Counted from the first letter of the stretch, positions 1 to 10,325 are shown. The stretch: 64,000 nt of DNA from Ignavibacteriota bacterium (GCA_003151825.1 PLYO01000010.1:693-64692), one strand, 5' to 3'. Notes: generated by a model not told the origin, from the sequence alone. Translations and numbers: made by a program.

Positions 1-259
1 CGGCAAGATAAGCATCTGCCAGGGAACGAACGGCGGCCGTTTGTTCCAATCGTACTAATTGCTCATTATCGAATTCCGTGATCGAAGTACGCACTCGTTC
101 CGGAGCATTCTCAAGCTCTTCGATGGTGACGTTCGAAATGAGACCCGTAAAGATATCGAGCCGGATCATCTCCATCAACTTAACAGATGCCTCCTGGAAT
201 TCCTGATCGAAGCACCCGCCGATGACCGACGTGTCGAGATAAATTCTTAACTTTTTCAT
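1..259 (-). CDS. PIN-like (VapC-type) protein, N-terminal part; 3' end lies outside the window
   Basis: Absent from the ORF track because no stop falls in the window. My own translation from ATG 257-259 is open down to position 1: MKKLRIYLDTSVIGGCFDQEFQEASVKLMEMIRLDIFTGLISNVTIEELENAPERVR... The IYLDTSVI N-terminal Asp motif is typical of PIN-domain toxins. The start lies 12 nt downstream of the accC stop. Confidence 0.5.
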   Translation of the reverse strand, partial: MKKLRIYLDTSVIGGCFDQEFQEASVKLMEMIRLDIFTGLISNVTIEELENAPERVRTSITEFDNEQLVRLEQTAAVRSLADAYLA

Positions 260-271
260 TCAGGGTCGTCG

Positions 272-1618
272 CTATGCCCCGCTCTTCCAATCGAACGTCT
301 CTAAAAAATGTGTATCGAACTCCCCGGCGCGGAAGCGGTCGTTGCGCATGAGGGCGCGGTGAAACGGGATCGTAGTTTTAATACCTTCGACGATCATTTC
401 GTCTAAGCACGATTGCATCCGGTCAATCGCTTCTGCGCGGTTCTCGCCGAAAGCGATGATCTTTCCGAGAAGCGAATCGTAATATGGTGGAATCTGATAA
501 CCGGCATAAACATGGGAATCCAGCCGAACGCCATATCCTCCCGGAGCATGAAAACTTGTGATCGTCCCCGGCGATGGGCGAAAATCCTTCTCCGGGTCTT
601 CCGCATTAATGCGGCATTCGATTGCGTGCCCTTCGGGTTTGCGAGGGCGCTTGGAGATTTTGCCACCAGCTGCAACATGTATCTGCTGGCGAATAAGATC
701 GAGGCCTATTACCTGCTCGGTCACGGGATGCTCGACCTGAATGCGGGTGTTCATCTCCATAAAATAGAACTTGTTGTCTTTATCAAGCAGGAATTCGATG
801 GTACCGGCCCCGACATATCCGACGCTTGCAGCGCCTTTTACAGCCGCCGTGCCCATCGCGTTTCGAATCTCTTCGGTAACTACCGGTGATGGCGATTCCT
901 CCACAAGCTTCTGGTGTCGCCGTTGAATCGAGCATTCGCGCTCGTTGTAATGCACGACGGTCCCGTTCGAATCGCCAAAAACCTGAATTTCGATATGGCG
1001 TGGTTTATCGATATATTTTTCGATATAGACATCGCCATTGTTAAATGCGGCAGCGGCTTCGGTCTGAGCCATTACAACGTTCTGAGCTAATTCTTCGATG
1101 TTGTGAACGATCCGCATTCCGCGTCCGCCACCACCGGCAACAGCTTTTATGATAACGGGAAGTCCAATGGTTTCAGCGACTTGGCGGGCTTCATCAATGT
1201 TTTTTATAACACCATCCGAACCCATGACGACAGGAACACCGGCGGCTTTCATCGTCTCTTTTGCGTGGGCTTTATCCCCCATCGCTTCGATCATTTCAGG
1301 CTTAGGGCCGATGAATGTGAATCCGGATGCGTCGCAAATATCGGAGAACTCCGCGTTCTCCGCGAGAAAGCCATAGCCGGGATGAATGGCTTCCGCGCCC
1401 GTGAGATGCGCCGCACTTATGATGCGTGGAATGTTGAGATAGCTTTCCTTGCTCTGCGGCGGACCGATGCAGACCGCTTCATCGGCAAAGCGGACGTGGA
1501 GCGAATGCTTGTCGGCTTCCGAATAAACGGCGACCGTCTTGATGCCCATCTCGCGGCAGGTACGGATGATGCGAAGGGCGATCTCGCCGCGATTGGCTAT
1601 GAGGATTTTATTGAACAT
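272..1618 (-). CDS. accC: Acetyl-CoA carboxylase, biotin carboxylase subunit
   Basis: 448 aa. [26 protein letters not shown]..., ATP-grasp motif [13 protein letters not shown], and [14 protein letters not shown]. Lies in the same operon as accB. Confidence 0.97.
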   Translation of the reverse strand: MFNKILIANRGEIALRIIRTCREMGIKTVAVYSEADKHSLHVRFADEAVCIGPPQSKESYLNIPRIISAAHLTGAEAIHPGYGFLAENAEFSDICDASGFTFIGPKPEMIEAMGDKAHAKETMKAAGVPVVMGSDGVIKNIDEARQVAETIGLPVIIKAVAGGGGRGMRIVHNIEELAQNVVMAQTEAAAAFNNGDVYIEKYIDKPRHIEIQVFGDSNGTVVHYNERECSIQRRHQKLVEESPSPVVTEEIRNAMGTAAVKGAASVGYVGAGTIEFLLDKDNKFYFMEMNTRIQVEHPVTEQVIGLDLIRQQIHVAAGGKISKRPRKPEGHAIECRINAEDPEKDFRPSPGTITSFHAPGGYGVRLDSHVYAGYQIPPYYDSLLGKIIAFGENRAEAIDRMQSCLDEMIVEGIKTTIPFHRALMRNDRFRAGEFDTHFLETFDWKSGA

Positions 1619-1621
1619 TCC

Positions 1622-1903
1622 TTATACTTCGGTCAGCTGATAACCACTCATCGGTTCAGCTTCCCAAAGCTCGAAATCATCATTCTTCGTTGCCTCCATC
1701 ATAGCAGGGGCGGCAGCAATCATCGCATCCTCGGTTTCCCAGATTGCAAGCCCGAATAACCGCCCCTCGTCCATATCTTTCAAAGTATGAACACCTATCA
1801 AACCCGGCTTCTCTTTGAGCGCCGCGCCGAATCGATGCATGGAATCGATCAGGTCTGTTTCGTATTCCGGTTTCGGTTTGTGGATGGAAAGTTGAACTAA
1901 CAT
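1622..1903 (-). CDS. Small ABM/Dabb-like (ferredoxin-fold) protein, function unknown
   Basis: 93 aa, MLVQLSIHKPKPEYE...GLIGVHTL...LFGLAIWETEDAM... Size and pattern resemble antibiotic-biosynthesis-monooxygenase-like domains. The stop is 3 nt from the accC start, so translational coupling is likely. Confidence 0.6.
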   Translation of the reverse strand: MLVQLSIHKPKPEYETDLIDSMHRFGAALKEKPGLIGVHTLKDMDEGRLFGLAIWETEDAMIAAAPAMMEATKNDDFELWEAEPMSGYQLTEV

Positions 1904-2028
1904 ATCGGTTTTTCTCGATTAGGTTTCGATCGTGTAAAGTGGTCGCGTATATCCCGATGGGTCAGATGAAAGTGCCGAGTCCTAAGTTGAGGACTCAGGA
2001 CTCATGACTTATTACTCAGGACTAATGC

Positions 2029-2487
2029 TTAATCAATTTCTAATACAAACAATGGCTGCCCATATTCTACCGGCTCCCCGTTCTCGACGAGGATTTTCAC
2101 GATCTTCCCTGCCGCATCACTTTCGATCTCGTTCATCAGCTTCATCGCTTCTATGATGCAGAGCGTTGTGCCTTCGGATACGTGTTGCCCGACTTGCACA
2201 TACGGATCGGCGTCTGGCGCGGGCGCGCGATAGAGCGTGCCGACAATCGGAGATTTCACTTCATGCGTCTTCACCAATGGGTCCGATGCAATGGGTGTTG
2301 CACTCAATGCGGGTGTACCCTGCTGCTGCGGCATCGGGTAGCCGCCCATCTGCGGCATGGCGAACATCGCAGGCTGCTCCTTTGCGCGGCCTAATGTAAC
2401 GCGCGAACCTTCCTCGTCGATTTCAAGCTCGGTCAGCGTGCTCGATTCGAAGAGTTTAATGAGTTGTTCGAGATATGATAAATCCAT
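2029..2487 (-). CDS. accB: Acetyl-CoA carboxylase biotin carboxyl carrier protein
   Basis: 152 aa. Pro/Gln-rich linker (PQMGGYPMPQQQGTPA) followed by the biotinyl-lysine motif EAMKLMNEIE. Confidence 0.95.
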   Translation of the reverse strand: MDLSYLEQLIKLFESSTLTELEIDEEGSRVTLGRAKEQPAMFAMPQMGGYPMPQQQGTPALSATPIASDPLVKTHEVKSPIVGTLYRAPAPDADPYVQVGQHVSEGTTLCIIEAMKLMNEIESDAAGKIVKILVENGEPVEYGQPLFVLEID

Positions 2488-2497
2488 GATTCGTCTC

Positions 2498-3064
2498 CTA
2501 CGCTTTCACGCGTTCTAAATACATTCCCGTTCGCGTATCGATGCGCACTTTGTCACCCTCATTGAGAAAGAGCGGCACGTTTACCGTCGCGCCGGTTTCG
2601 AGCGTGGCCGCTTTCGTCGCGCCAGTCGCCGTATCGCCGCGAAGGCCCGGATCGGTTTTAGAAATTTCGAGAATCGCGAAGTTCGGCGGGTCGATCGCTA
2701 CGATCGTTCCATCTTCCGCGAAAAGAATATCGCAATTATCCGATTCTTTCAAAAATTTCGCGCCGAGGCCGACTTGCTTTTCCGGAACGTTGATCTGCTC
2801 GTAGGTCGTGTTATCCATAAAAACGAAGTCCGAGCCATCGCGGTAGAGAAATTGCATCGGCTTCTTCTCCATGCGGACCATCTCGACTTCCTCGCCTGAT
2901 CGAAAACGGACTTCCTTGAGGTTGCCCGTTTTCATGTTCCGCATTTTGGCCTGCACGAACGCGCGCAGGTTGCCAGGCGTCCGGTGCGTGTATTCCTCGA
3001 TTATGTAAAGCTCGCCCTCCATTCGGAGCACTGCGCCTACCCGAAAATCATTTGTTGTTGCCAT
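2498..3064 (-). CDS. efp: Translation elongation factor P
   Basis: 188 aa. MATTNDFRVGAVLRMEGELYIIEEYTHRTPGNLRAFVQAKMRNMKTG..., typical EF-P length and KOW/OB pattern. Confidence 0.95.
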   Translation of the reverse strand: MATTNDFRVGAVLRMEGELYIIEEYTHRTPGNLRAFVQAKMRNMKTGNLKEVRFRSGEEVEMVRMEKKPMQFLYRDGSDFVFMDNTTYEQINVPEKQVGLGAKFLKESDNCDILFAEDGTIVAIDPPNFAILEISKTDPGLRGDTATGATKAATLETGATVNVPLFLNEGDKVRIDTRTGMYLERVKA

Positions 3065-3227
3065 TAAACCTGGATTTCGCTGATTTTAACTGATTTCGCT
3101 ACTTCCACCGCCTTTATTGAGGGGTGGTTATGATAAGGATGCACGAAAACAGGCTGATTCTCAGGACGTTCCGCCCATGCCATGCAAAATTACGAAGAAA
3201 AAAACGGGGACGCGCGGTTTGCCGCGA

Positions 3228-3935
3228 CTACTTCAGCACAAAGTGAGCTGTTCGCCGCGTTTCGGCATCGACTTGATAATTGAATTGAGGCGTGTAACCT
3301 TCAAAGTCATTGTCTCGCCACATTCGAAGCGTGGCCGGGCCTGCGATTAAGAGACGCTTACCATAGACCGTAAGAAGCGTATCCAAACCGTTGTTCGGAA
3401 GAACCCACTCGTAGGTGGCATTCCCTGCGGAATCAAACACATCCACATGAATCCGTTCCGGAGTGCTGTCGGGAACCCACTGTAGAACAATTGGTGAGTC
3501 GATGGAAACAACCGTCGTGTCGTTCGGGAATAATATTTTAGTTGGAATCGAAGGGTTCCTGCCCCTGACAGCAAGCTCCGCTAAATTGCTGCGGCTGCCC
3601 TCACTCGCCATCCAATTCAATGAGCCATTGGGAATCGGCACTGCGGAGTCTGAAGAATAGGAATTACTACTTGCGCTAAAACGTAGCGGAATGGAATTAA
3701 GCGTAACGCTCCACCCGGTATAGGAAAATAGATTCGAAGCCGCCACATAAGCCGTTGCCTGAAGCACCGCGCTTGAAGAATCGAATTCCAAAGTAGTGAT
3801 TAGTGAGGCGGAATATGTGGGCCGTGTGGTGTAGTAGTTATTGGGTTCTACTCCGTTATCGACATAGCATCCCCATATTCCGAGAATCGGAATGAAGAGA
3901 ATGGCCTGACGGAAGCGTAATCGTCTTATCGTCAC
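3228..3935 (-). CDS. Hypothetical secreted protein or lipoprotein downstream of the TonB-dependent receptor
   Basis: 235 aa with a GTG start. N-terminal signal with a possible lipobox (ILGIWGC). Same strand as the receptor gene and 80 nt after it. I recognise no family. Confidence 0.6.
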   Translation of the reverse strand: MTIRRLRFRQAILFIPILGIWGCYVDNGVEPNNYYTTRPTYSASLITTLEFDSSSAVLQATAYVAASNLFSYTGWSVTLNSIPLRFSASSNSYSSDSAVPIPNGSLNWMASEGSRSNLAELAVRGRNPSIPTKILFPNDTTVVSIDSPIVLQWVPDSTPERIHVDVFDSAGNATYEWVLPNNGLDTLLTVYGKRLLIAGPATLRMWRDNDFEGYTPQFNYQVDAETRRTAHFVLK

Positions 3936-4015
3936 CCTTATTTAACAAGGGCGTTCCAGAAGAGATTCTTAATCTCTGTTCATGGAGCACCGGGTTGAAA
4001 CCCGGTCTACACCCA

Positions 4016-6802
4016 CTAAAACGGCGGCAGCGTATAGGCCGCGCGGAGCACCGTCAACCGGCCAATTTCGGGCGCGCCGACGAACTCCTGATGCAAATTA
4101 TTGAGCACGTTCGTGATTGCAAGCGTGAGCTGCAAGCTGTTCCACGACTCAATACGATAATTCACCGTCAGATCGACGACATGCTGCGACGCCACATCTC
4201 CAATCCAATAGCTGTCGTTCATCTGGAATGCATCGGACCACCGGTCGCGCAGTTCCACGCTGAGGCCTTTCGCCAAACCGGAATACCTTGCGCCAACCGA
4301 TGCGCGGTACTTCGGCAAGTTGAGCGCAAATGGCGATTGGTTCGTCGAGTCCTGCGGATTGAGCGCGCCCGCGTACCAATAATTTTGATTCAGCCACGAA
4401 AACGATCCGTCGAACGACCACTCCTCGTTCGCTTTATACGTCGAGAAAAAATCTACACCGTAAAACTCGATTACGTTTGTGAGGTAGCCGCGCGTGCCGA
4501 CAAGAATGTTATCGGCATACGCTGGATTCAGCGCACCCCCCTGAGGCTCAACGACTCCTAACGGCAATTTCGCGAGATCCCCAGCGAGAACTTGAGCACT
4601 GGAATCAGCCTTTGCAACGCCGGCGGAAGTAAAAATGCCTTTAAAATATTGTTGCAATTCAGAGGAGTCGAAGGAGAGCGTCGGCGTAAGCGCTGCGGTG
4701 CTTGCCCGAATGGCAGTATAGTGCGTCTGATACGCATCGACTTCGAACTGGAAGGATTTCGAGACCGCGCCCTGATAGTCTATTTCGAACGTCCGCTGAT
4801 GTTGCGGCTGGACTGCGCTAATAGGGGTCGGAGCACCGATCGAATCGAACAAACCGGTATTCAGATTTCTATAGCTCAAATAGGTGATGGACTGAGATGG
4901 CGCCGGAATTAATTTAAGAAGCGGGCTACTACCGGGCTGCTTTGAAGCGTAATCCATGAGCACGGGCCAGAGCTTAGCCTGCGCTTGCGCAGTCGTCATC
5001 GTCGATGGGACTTGAGGCATGCCGTCGAGAGCCGGAAGCGGTGTATTGATATTGTACGAGCCGTCCGCATTCGGCGGCGCAAACGTGTAACCGGAAACAT
5101 ACGGGCTTACATACCGAACGTTATAGATGCCCGCGCTATACAAAAGGTCTGCATAGATGTCCACTTCCGTCGGTAGAAGATAGGTGTTATTGTACATCGC
5201 GCGCACAAGATTATTGTCGTCGAAATGATAGACCGCTGCCGCGCGCGGCGAGAAAATGGGAGTCAGGTTCGTTGCCTGATTGTAATCTTTATCTAATCTT
5301 CCGGCCAGATCGATTTCGAGCGCATCGTCAAGCAGCGATGTTTGGGATTGCACATACGCTCCCAGGATTTGCGTATTCGCATGACCATCGTCCGGGCCGT
5401 AAAGGGTGTTGTCGGATATTGGCACGATGGCTTTGTAATCCGCGCCGAACGTGAGCTTCTCGTGCGAGAATGGGTCAATGTGATCCTGAATTTGCGCGAC
5501 ATACGTAGAGGATTTATCCACAAGCGAATCGCCCGTCGGCAAAAAATAGGAGCCGTATGTATTATCGTGATTGACCGATCCCTGAATGAATAAATCTTTG
5601 TAATTGACTCGAGCTTGCACAAAACTATATTCCCAATTTTTGATTTGCGCGTCGCCGAAATCTTCGGTCATTGCAATATCGTTCACGATATTCGAAAGTC
5701 CGGCGGTGATGTTGGCCATCAAATCGTCGGAAAGATTCGCGTCGGCACGCGCATTGAAAGAATAGACCTGCAGATTGTAGTCGCGATTTCCGATGCGCGA
5801 AAGGCTGTCTATTGCCGCCGGAGATAATGGCGGGCCTATAACTGGCTGTGAATGAAGCGCGGCTTGTGCCGAATCCCGGGCCACATCTTCTTTCGGATCA
5901 TCTGCGACATGCCAATCGTTTGCCGAGAGATAATGCCCGCTCACAGTGAATGCAAACTTGTCCCCGATGGCCTCATCGTGGCGAAAGCTGGCATTGATAT
6001 AATCTCGCTCGCCGCCCGAAATCGAAAGATTCGTTCCCTGCGAGGCAAACGGCGACTTGGAAATAAAATTGACGACGCCCGTGGCCGCTTCTGGCCCGTA
6101 TAGCGCCGAACCTGGGCCACGCACCACTTCGATATGATCGATGTCGTCCATCGTTTGCGGCATAAGAATTCCATAATAGACGGCGAGCGCCGGGACTTCG
6201 AGCGCATGATAATCGTTCATCGTCAGCATATCGCTGCCATAAACGCTGTGGAACTCGCGACCTGCGTAGGTTGACATTGCAATCCCTTCGCTTGCTACAG
6301 CTATTCCGGGTATGTTTTTCAGCGCATCGGTTGGCGTGGCATCGACTTGATCGCGAATTTCGGCTTGCGAGACGACGGACATCGAGGCGGGCGCATGCGT
6401 CTCTTTCTCCTCATGCCGATCCGCCGTCACGACCACGTCCTGCGACTCGAGTGGCTGCACGGTCATTGCTATATTCATCATTGCCGGCTCCGTTCCATAC
6501 ACATCCACTTTGGAATGCACATCCTGATACCCGAGCAAGGAATAAGTAATGTAATACTTTCCCGAGGGAAGCCCGGACAAGCGGTATTTTCCAACGGAAT
6601 TCGTGTACGTATATTTGGCGGATGTGCTGTCCGACTCGATAACCGCCCGAACGGTCACACCGGGCAGCGGCGCGCCTGTCGAAACATCAACGCACGTACC
6701 GGCGAGTATCCCGCCCGGATCCTGAGCGCAAATCGAGCCGATGGGAAGCAATAAAAAGATCGCGAGAAACCAGGAAAACTTCGCGTTCGAGACTTTTTTC
6801 AT
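4016..6802 (-). CDS. TonB-dependent outer-membrane receptor with CarboxypepD_reg-like N-domain
   Basis: 928 aa. Signal peptide MKKVSNAKFSWFLAIFLLLPIGSICAQ. N-domain GVTVRAV...NSVGKYRLSGLPSGKYYITYSLLGYQ. Plug region (VVVTADR...IPGIAVAS), long beta-barrel, C-terminal ...AAYTLPPF with terminal Phe. Confidence 0.9.
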   Translation of the reverse strand: MKKVSNAKFSWFLAIFLLLPIGSICAQDPGGILAGTCVDVSTGAPLPGVTVRAVIESDSTSAKYTYTNSVGKYRLSGLPSGKYYITYSLLGYQDVHSKVDVYGTEPAMMNIAMTVQPLESQDVVVTADRHEEKETHAPASMSVVSQAEIRDQVDATPTDALKNIPGIAVASEGIAMSTYAGREFHSVYGSDMLTMNDYHALEVPALAVYYGILMPQTMDDIDHIEVVRGPGSALYGPEAATGVVNFISKSPFASQGTNLSISGGERDYINASFRHDEAIGDKFAFTVSGHYLSANDWHVADDPKEDVARDSAQAALHSQPVIGPPLSPAAIDSLSRIGNRDYNLQVYSFNARADANLSDDLMANITAGLSNIVNDIAMTEDFGDAQIKNWEYSFVQARVNYKDLFIQGSVNHDNTYGSYFLPTGDSLVDKSSTYVAQIQDHIDPFSHEKLTFGADYKAIVPISDNTLYGPDDGHANTQILGAYVQSQTSLLDDALEIDLAGRLDKDYNQATNLTPIFSPRAAAVYHFDDNNLVRAMYNNTYLLPTEVDIYADLLYSAGIYNVRYVSPYVSGYTFAPPNADGSYNINTPLPALDGMPQVPSTMTTAQAQAKLWPVLMDYASKQPGSSPLLKLIPAPSQSITYLSYRNLNTGLFDSIGAPTPISAVQPQHQRTFEIDYQGAVSKSFQFEVDAYQTHYTAIRASTAALTPTLSFDSSELQQYFKGIFTSAGVAKADSSAQVLAGDLAKLPLGVVEPQGGALNPAYADNILVGTRGYLTNVIEFYGVDFFSTYKANEEWSFDGSFSWLNQNYWYAGALNPQDSTNQSPFALNLPKYRASVGARYSGLAKGLSVELRDRWSDAFQMNDSYWIGDVASQHVVDLTVNYRIESWNSLQLTLAITNVLNNLHQEFVGAPEIGRLTVLRAAYTLPPF

Positions 6803-7015
6803 TGGGGTCGGAGCATGAGTTTCTTGAAACCCATGCTATAAAATGGAAACAGGAAACAGCCGATGGTTAATACAATGCAAACAATTCATGTTTACACTCA
6901 AAACAAAAATACGACAATTTCCACGCTTAAGACAAGAAATTGCTACTTCTAAAACAACGTTCGAGAATCTCAACATTCCTTTCCACGATGTCTTCGTGAA
7001 GACATTCAGATCATT

Positions 7016-7276
7016 ATGACTCTAACCGGCACTCTTGGCCCCGACTGGCTCCGTAAACATGGCGCGAAGGGCACGATTTCCGACAATGAACTCCGCGCCT
7101 GGCGCGATTACCTCGAAGCTTCACTCAGCGCGGAGTTGCAATTAGATACCGATTTCGCCATCGGTCCACGAACACATTTTGCATTTATCGTTCCATCCGA
7201 ATCGCATACCATCGTCGAGATCGAAGCGTTTGCACGCAAGGCGCTCGATAAATTTTTGCATGAACTTACTTCGTAA
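7016..7276 (+). CDS. Hypothetical protein
   Basis: 86-aa ORF in an otherwise empty gap. No recognisable motif. Overlaps the 3' end of the convergent HEAT-like ORF by 11 nt. Confidence 0.4.
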   Translation: MTLTGTLGPDWLRKHGAKGTISDNELRAWRDYLEASLSAELQLDTDFAIGPRTHFAFIVPSESHTIVEIEAFARKALDKFLHELTS

Positions 7277-7478
7277 TTTCCTTTAATATTTTTGCCACCT
7301 TCGCGGCACTTTTCGGCCCGAGATTAGTGAGCGTCGTTCGGAATATCGGAATCACTTTTCGTGCCGCTCGCTCGCTTGTCTTGGCATAATTCGAAAGAAT
7401 TTCAATTGCGTGGTTGGCGATGGCGTTCTGCGGCTCTTTCGCTAAAAGATCATGCAGGCGTGGGATGAGAAACGCCAT
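7266..7478 (-). CDS. HEAT-repeat-like small protein; possibly a gene fragment, since the frame is open up to 7616
   Basis: 70 aa from the first ATG. The same frame stays open and HEAT-like upstream (…IRSRIALPHLREVAKLLDSTRAPIRKASIEALAALSRISPAA-M…) as far as the TAG at 7617-7619. That stretch holds no ATG/GTG/TTG, only a CTG at 7605-7607. Confidence 0.45.
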   Translation of the reverse strand: MAFLIPRLHDLLAKEPQNAIANHAIEILSNYAKTSERAARKVIPIFRTTLTNLGPKSAAKVAKILKEITK

Positions 7479-7616
7479 CGCCGCCGGGGATATACGCGAG
7501 AGCGCTGCAAGCGCTTCGATCGACGCCTTGCGAATCGGAGCACGCGTCGAATCGAGAAGCTTCGCTACTTCTCGGAGATGTGGCAGCGCAATGCGTGAGC
7601 GAATCAGAAGAGAGAC

Positions 7617-10325
7617 CTATTCTATGATGATTGGCTTTGTTACGGACGACCCGCCCGCTGTCAGCACGATATAATGCTGTCCGGTCGCAAGTCCGGAAAA
7701 ATCGGCGGAAATTTCGTGTGAGCCTTGCGCGGCAAACTCGTTGGCGAGCATACGCTCCTCGCGTCCCATAATATCATAAACAGCAAGCGTGGCCTGTTCC
7801 CCGCCTGGGATCGAATAATCTATGTTCGAGCGAGGTGCCGATGTCGTGATAATGCTCGGATACACCGCGCTGATGGAGATGCTCGAATTTGGATTTGCAG
7901 CAGACGCGACCGAGCTGGAGCCCAGCGGCGGAAGCTGTGTCAGATCGACGTAGTACATTCCCCTTCCATACGTTGCCGCGGCGAGATAATTTCCGCGTAC
8001 CTGCAGCGAAGTCACCATCGCCATCGGGAACCCATCCGCCACGGGATACCACGTCTTGCCGGTATCGCCGGAGCGAAGCACGCCGTAATCGTGGCCAACA
8101 TAAACAATGCCATTCGGATCGACGGCCACGCAGCGGTAATTGAAAGCGGGAAGGTTTGTCGCAGGTGCGGTCCACGTTTGCCCGTTGTCGATCGAAAAAT
8201 AGAAATGCTTCGAGGTCGTACCGGCAACGACCATAAATACATTTGAGGCATTGTTGGGATCGGTCGTAATGCCCATTGGCACGCCGCCAAAACTCATTTT
8301 AGCGCCCTTTGTAGTGAGCGCCGGAGTCCACGTAACATTGCTAATATCGGTGCTGTAATAAAAATCACCACTCGAGGTGCCAAGATAGATGTAATCGTCA
8401 TCGGATGCAGCAATATTGACCGCAACCACATTTCCGGTGACGGCTGTCGATGGGATGATTTTGTTCGTCAATGGGTTGATGACGTTCGTTACTTGCGGGA
8501 ATGCCGAAACGCCGGTATTACCATTGGTTTCAAGAAACAAATTCCTATTGCCGCAAGCAGCGATAACACCGAGACCGCCATCCCAAACATCGTAAATCAT
8601 GTAGAATGGCGCGCCTTCATTCACAATTGCCGAGCCAAGAATATTGTAGCCGTCCTTCTGGTCGGCTGGCTCCGTTGGCGGATTCCAATTCTGGCCGCGA
8701 TCTGCGGAATGATAAAGTGTAGCCTCGACATAGGTGCCATAGGTCGTCTCCCCATCCTGGGGTGAAACAAACATCGTGCCGCCATCGCCACCCTTAACGG
8801 ATTGGTAGCTCAAGTCCTGACCAGCCGTGAAGCCATTCAGCCCATTATCCTGCGCGCCGGCGCAAAAGAAGGCTCCGTCGGTCGTCATGTCCCCGCCAAC
8901 GAAGAGCATCGTTCCCAAATCGGCGTTCATATCCGACTCCCAAGACGACCCGTTCGCCTCGCTATGATAAATTCCGCCATCGGTCAACGCAAAGAGCACA
9001 TTCGTATAGGGATTATACTTGAGCACATGAACATCGGCATGAGAATAGTTCGAAACCCCGGGATCGGCCAGCCAATCCGTTCTCGCAGTCAGGTTCGTAC
9101 CGGCGTGAGTGGACGAATAAATATCGAGGCCACCCACGATAACGTTCGAGGGATTCTGGGGATTGACGGCAATGGCATTATCGTAATATGCCTGAGTTCC
9201 CGTATATTGCACGGAAGAAGATGTGGTGTCCCATGTTACCCCTTGATCGGGGGAAATCGCCAGAGTCGAGTATGAAGCGGACAGAGTCTGGTATTTGCCA
9301 TACCCCGTGCTAAGATATAAAGTATCGGACGAACTGCGTGACATTGCAAGCACCATCAACTGGCCGGTGGGATATCCGCTTAGCGTTTGCCATGTTCGCC
9401 CGGAATCGGTGGACTTCATAATTTGGCTCCCACCCCCCGCATACAGCACGGCCGGGTTTTTCGGGTCCATCACGAGGCTCGTGGCGCCTCCAAGCGAAGC
9501 GACTAACTTCCACGTCATACCTGCATCGGAAGACATACGAACCCCGCCGGTCGTGGCACGGTAAATAAGCGAAGTATCGGCTGGATTGATTTCCATTTGA
9601 GTGGTAATCGAATTGCTCGTAGAATCCAGAAGTACCCAATTAAGGCCGCCATCCACGGATTTATAGACTCCGACGCCATTGAGGCTGCCACCACCCCCGA
9701 CATCGGACAAGTAAATCCCTGTTCCCGCATATACCGTACTCGGATTGTGGGGATTGACGGCCACATCGCCCACATTGAGGGTTTTCCAATTGTCACTGAG
9801 CGAGGTCCAATTTTGTCCGTTGTTCGTAGATTTCCAAAGGCCCCCGTTAGTGGTTGCAAGATAGATTGCACCTGTGGGATCGAATGCAATACCGGAGGGA
9901 CGTCCGCTCACTAAGCCGCCCTGCGATTTGGCAACCTCGATCCACGCCGCGCTCGAAAGTGTTTTCATCGCGGGACGATTATCCATCTGACGAAGCTCGT
10001 CGTAGCCGATTTGACGAAGACTGTCGTAGCGGGCTTCGTGCATCGGGTTCGTGAAATTTTCCAGCCACTCCATGGCGGCGCTTGCGTGGTCTTCTTTCCA
10101 CTCATGCGCCATGGATTGCGTTGTCCGCTTTTGCGCCATGGCCGAACTTGCCAGCAACGCGAGCGATAGCGACGCGCCGAGCAAAAGCAAACTAAGAAAT
10201 TTGAATGTGTGCTTCAAGGGGATGATGTACTTCAATGAGGTTGTTCCGATAAGGTATGAAATGACGGAAAACTGTTGAAAAAGACTCTGCGATTTGGTTA
10301 CAATTCCCCGCAAAGTGCGAAACAA
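7617..10325 (-). CDS. Secreted BNR/Asp-box repeat beta-propeller protein (GH74/sortilin-like) with T9SS C-terminal sorting domain
   Basis: Asp-box repeats KSTNNGQNW, SSDAGMTWK, KSTDSGRTWQ, SPDQGVTWD, HSADRGQNW, SIDNGQTW and RSGDTGKTW. C-terminal ~80 aa look like a T9SS CTD (...ATLAVYDIMGREERMLAN...GQHYIVLTAGGSSVTKPIIIE). The likelier start is an internal TTG at 10215-10217, giving MKHTFKFLSLLLLGASLSLALLASSAMAQ, or the TTG at 10233-10235. The 10325 start is only the longest ORF. Confidence 0.85.
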   Translation of the reverse strand: MFRTLRGIVTKSQSLFQQFSVISYLIGTTSLKYIIPLKHTFKFLSLLLLGASLSLALLASSAMAQKRTTQSMAHEWKEDHASAAMEWLENFTNPMHEARYDSLRQIGYDELRQMDNRPAMKTLSSAAWIEVAKSQGGLVSGRPSGIAFDPTGAIYLATTNGGLWKSTNNGQNWTSLSDNWKTLNVGDVAVNPHNPSTVYAGTGIYLSDVGGGGSLNGVGVYKSVDGGLNWVLLDSTSNSITTQMEINPADTSLIYRATTGGVRMSSDAGMTWKLVASLGGATSLVMDPKNPAVLYAGGGSQIMKSTDSGRTWQTLSGYPTGQLMVLAMSRSSSDTLYLSTGYGKYQTLSASYSTLAISPDQGVTWDTTSSSVQYTGTQAYYDNAIAVNPQNPSNVIVGGLDIYSSTHAGTNLTARTDWLADPGVSNYSHADVHVLKYNPYTNVLFALTDGGIYHSEANGSSWESDMNADLGTMLFVGGDMTTDGAFFCAGAQDNGLNGFTAGQDLSYQSVKGGDGGTMFVSPQDGETTYGTYVEATLYHSADRGQNWNPPTEPADQKDGYNILGSAIVNEGAPFYMIYDVWDGGLGVIAACGNRNLFLETNGNTGVSAFPQVTNVINPLTNKIIPSTAVTGNVVAVNIAASDDDYIYLGTSSGDFYYSTDISNVTWTPALTTKGAKMSFGGVPMGITTDPNNASNVFMVVAGTTSKHFYFSIDNGQTWTAPATNLPAFNYRCVAVDPNGIVYVGHDYGVLRSGDTGKTWYPVADGFPMAMVTSLQVRGNYLAAATYGRGMYYVDLTQLPPLGSSSVASAANPNSSISISAVYPSIITTSAPRSNIDYSIPGGEQATLAVYDIMGREERMLANEFAAQGSHEISADFSGLATGQHYIVLTAGGSSVTKPIIIE

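Noticed and set aside
59-250. 63-aa plus-strand ORF at the left edge
   Set aside because: It is antisense to a better minus-strand reading frame (the PIN-like MKKLRIYLDTSVIGG... frame, open from 259 to position 1) and has no motif of its own.
6803-7015. Riboswitch (for example cobalamin) upstream of the TonB-dependent receptor
   Set aside because: The leader is AT-rich, with no B12-box-like GCCACTG context and no conserved stems. The GCCACTT at about 10556 also lacks the surrounding cobalamin-riboswitch consensus.
7479-7619. Possible stop-codon read-through joining the BNR protein to the HEAT-like ORF (same frame, TAG at 7617)
   Set aside because: The 902-aa protein ends in a T9SS sorting domain, which has to be C-terminal to function. 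A fusion would bury it.
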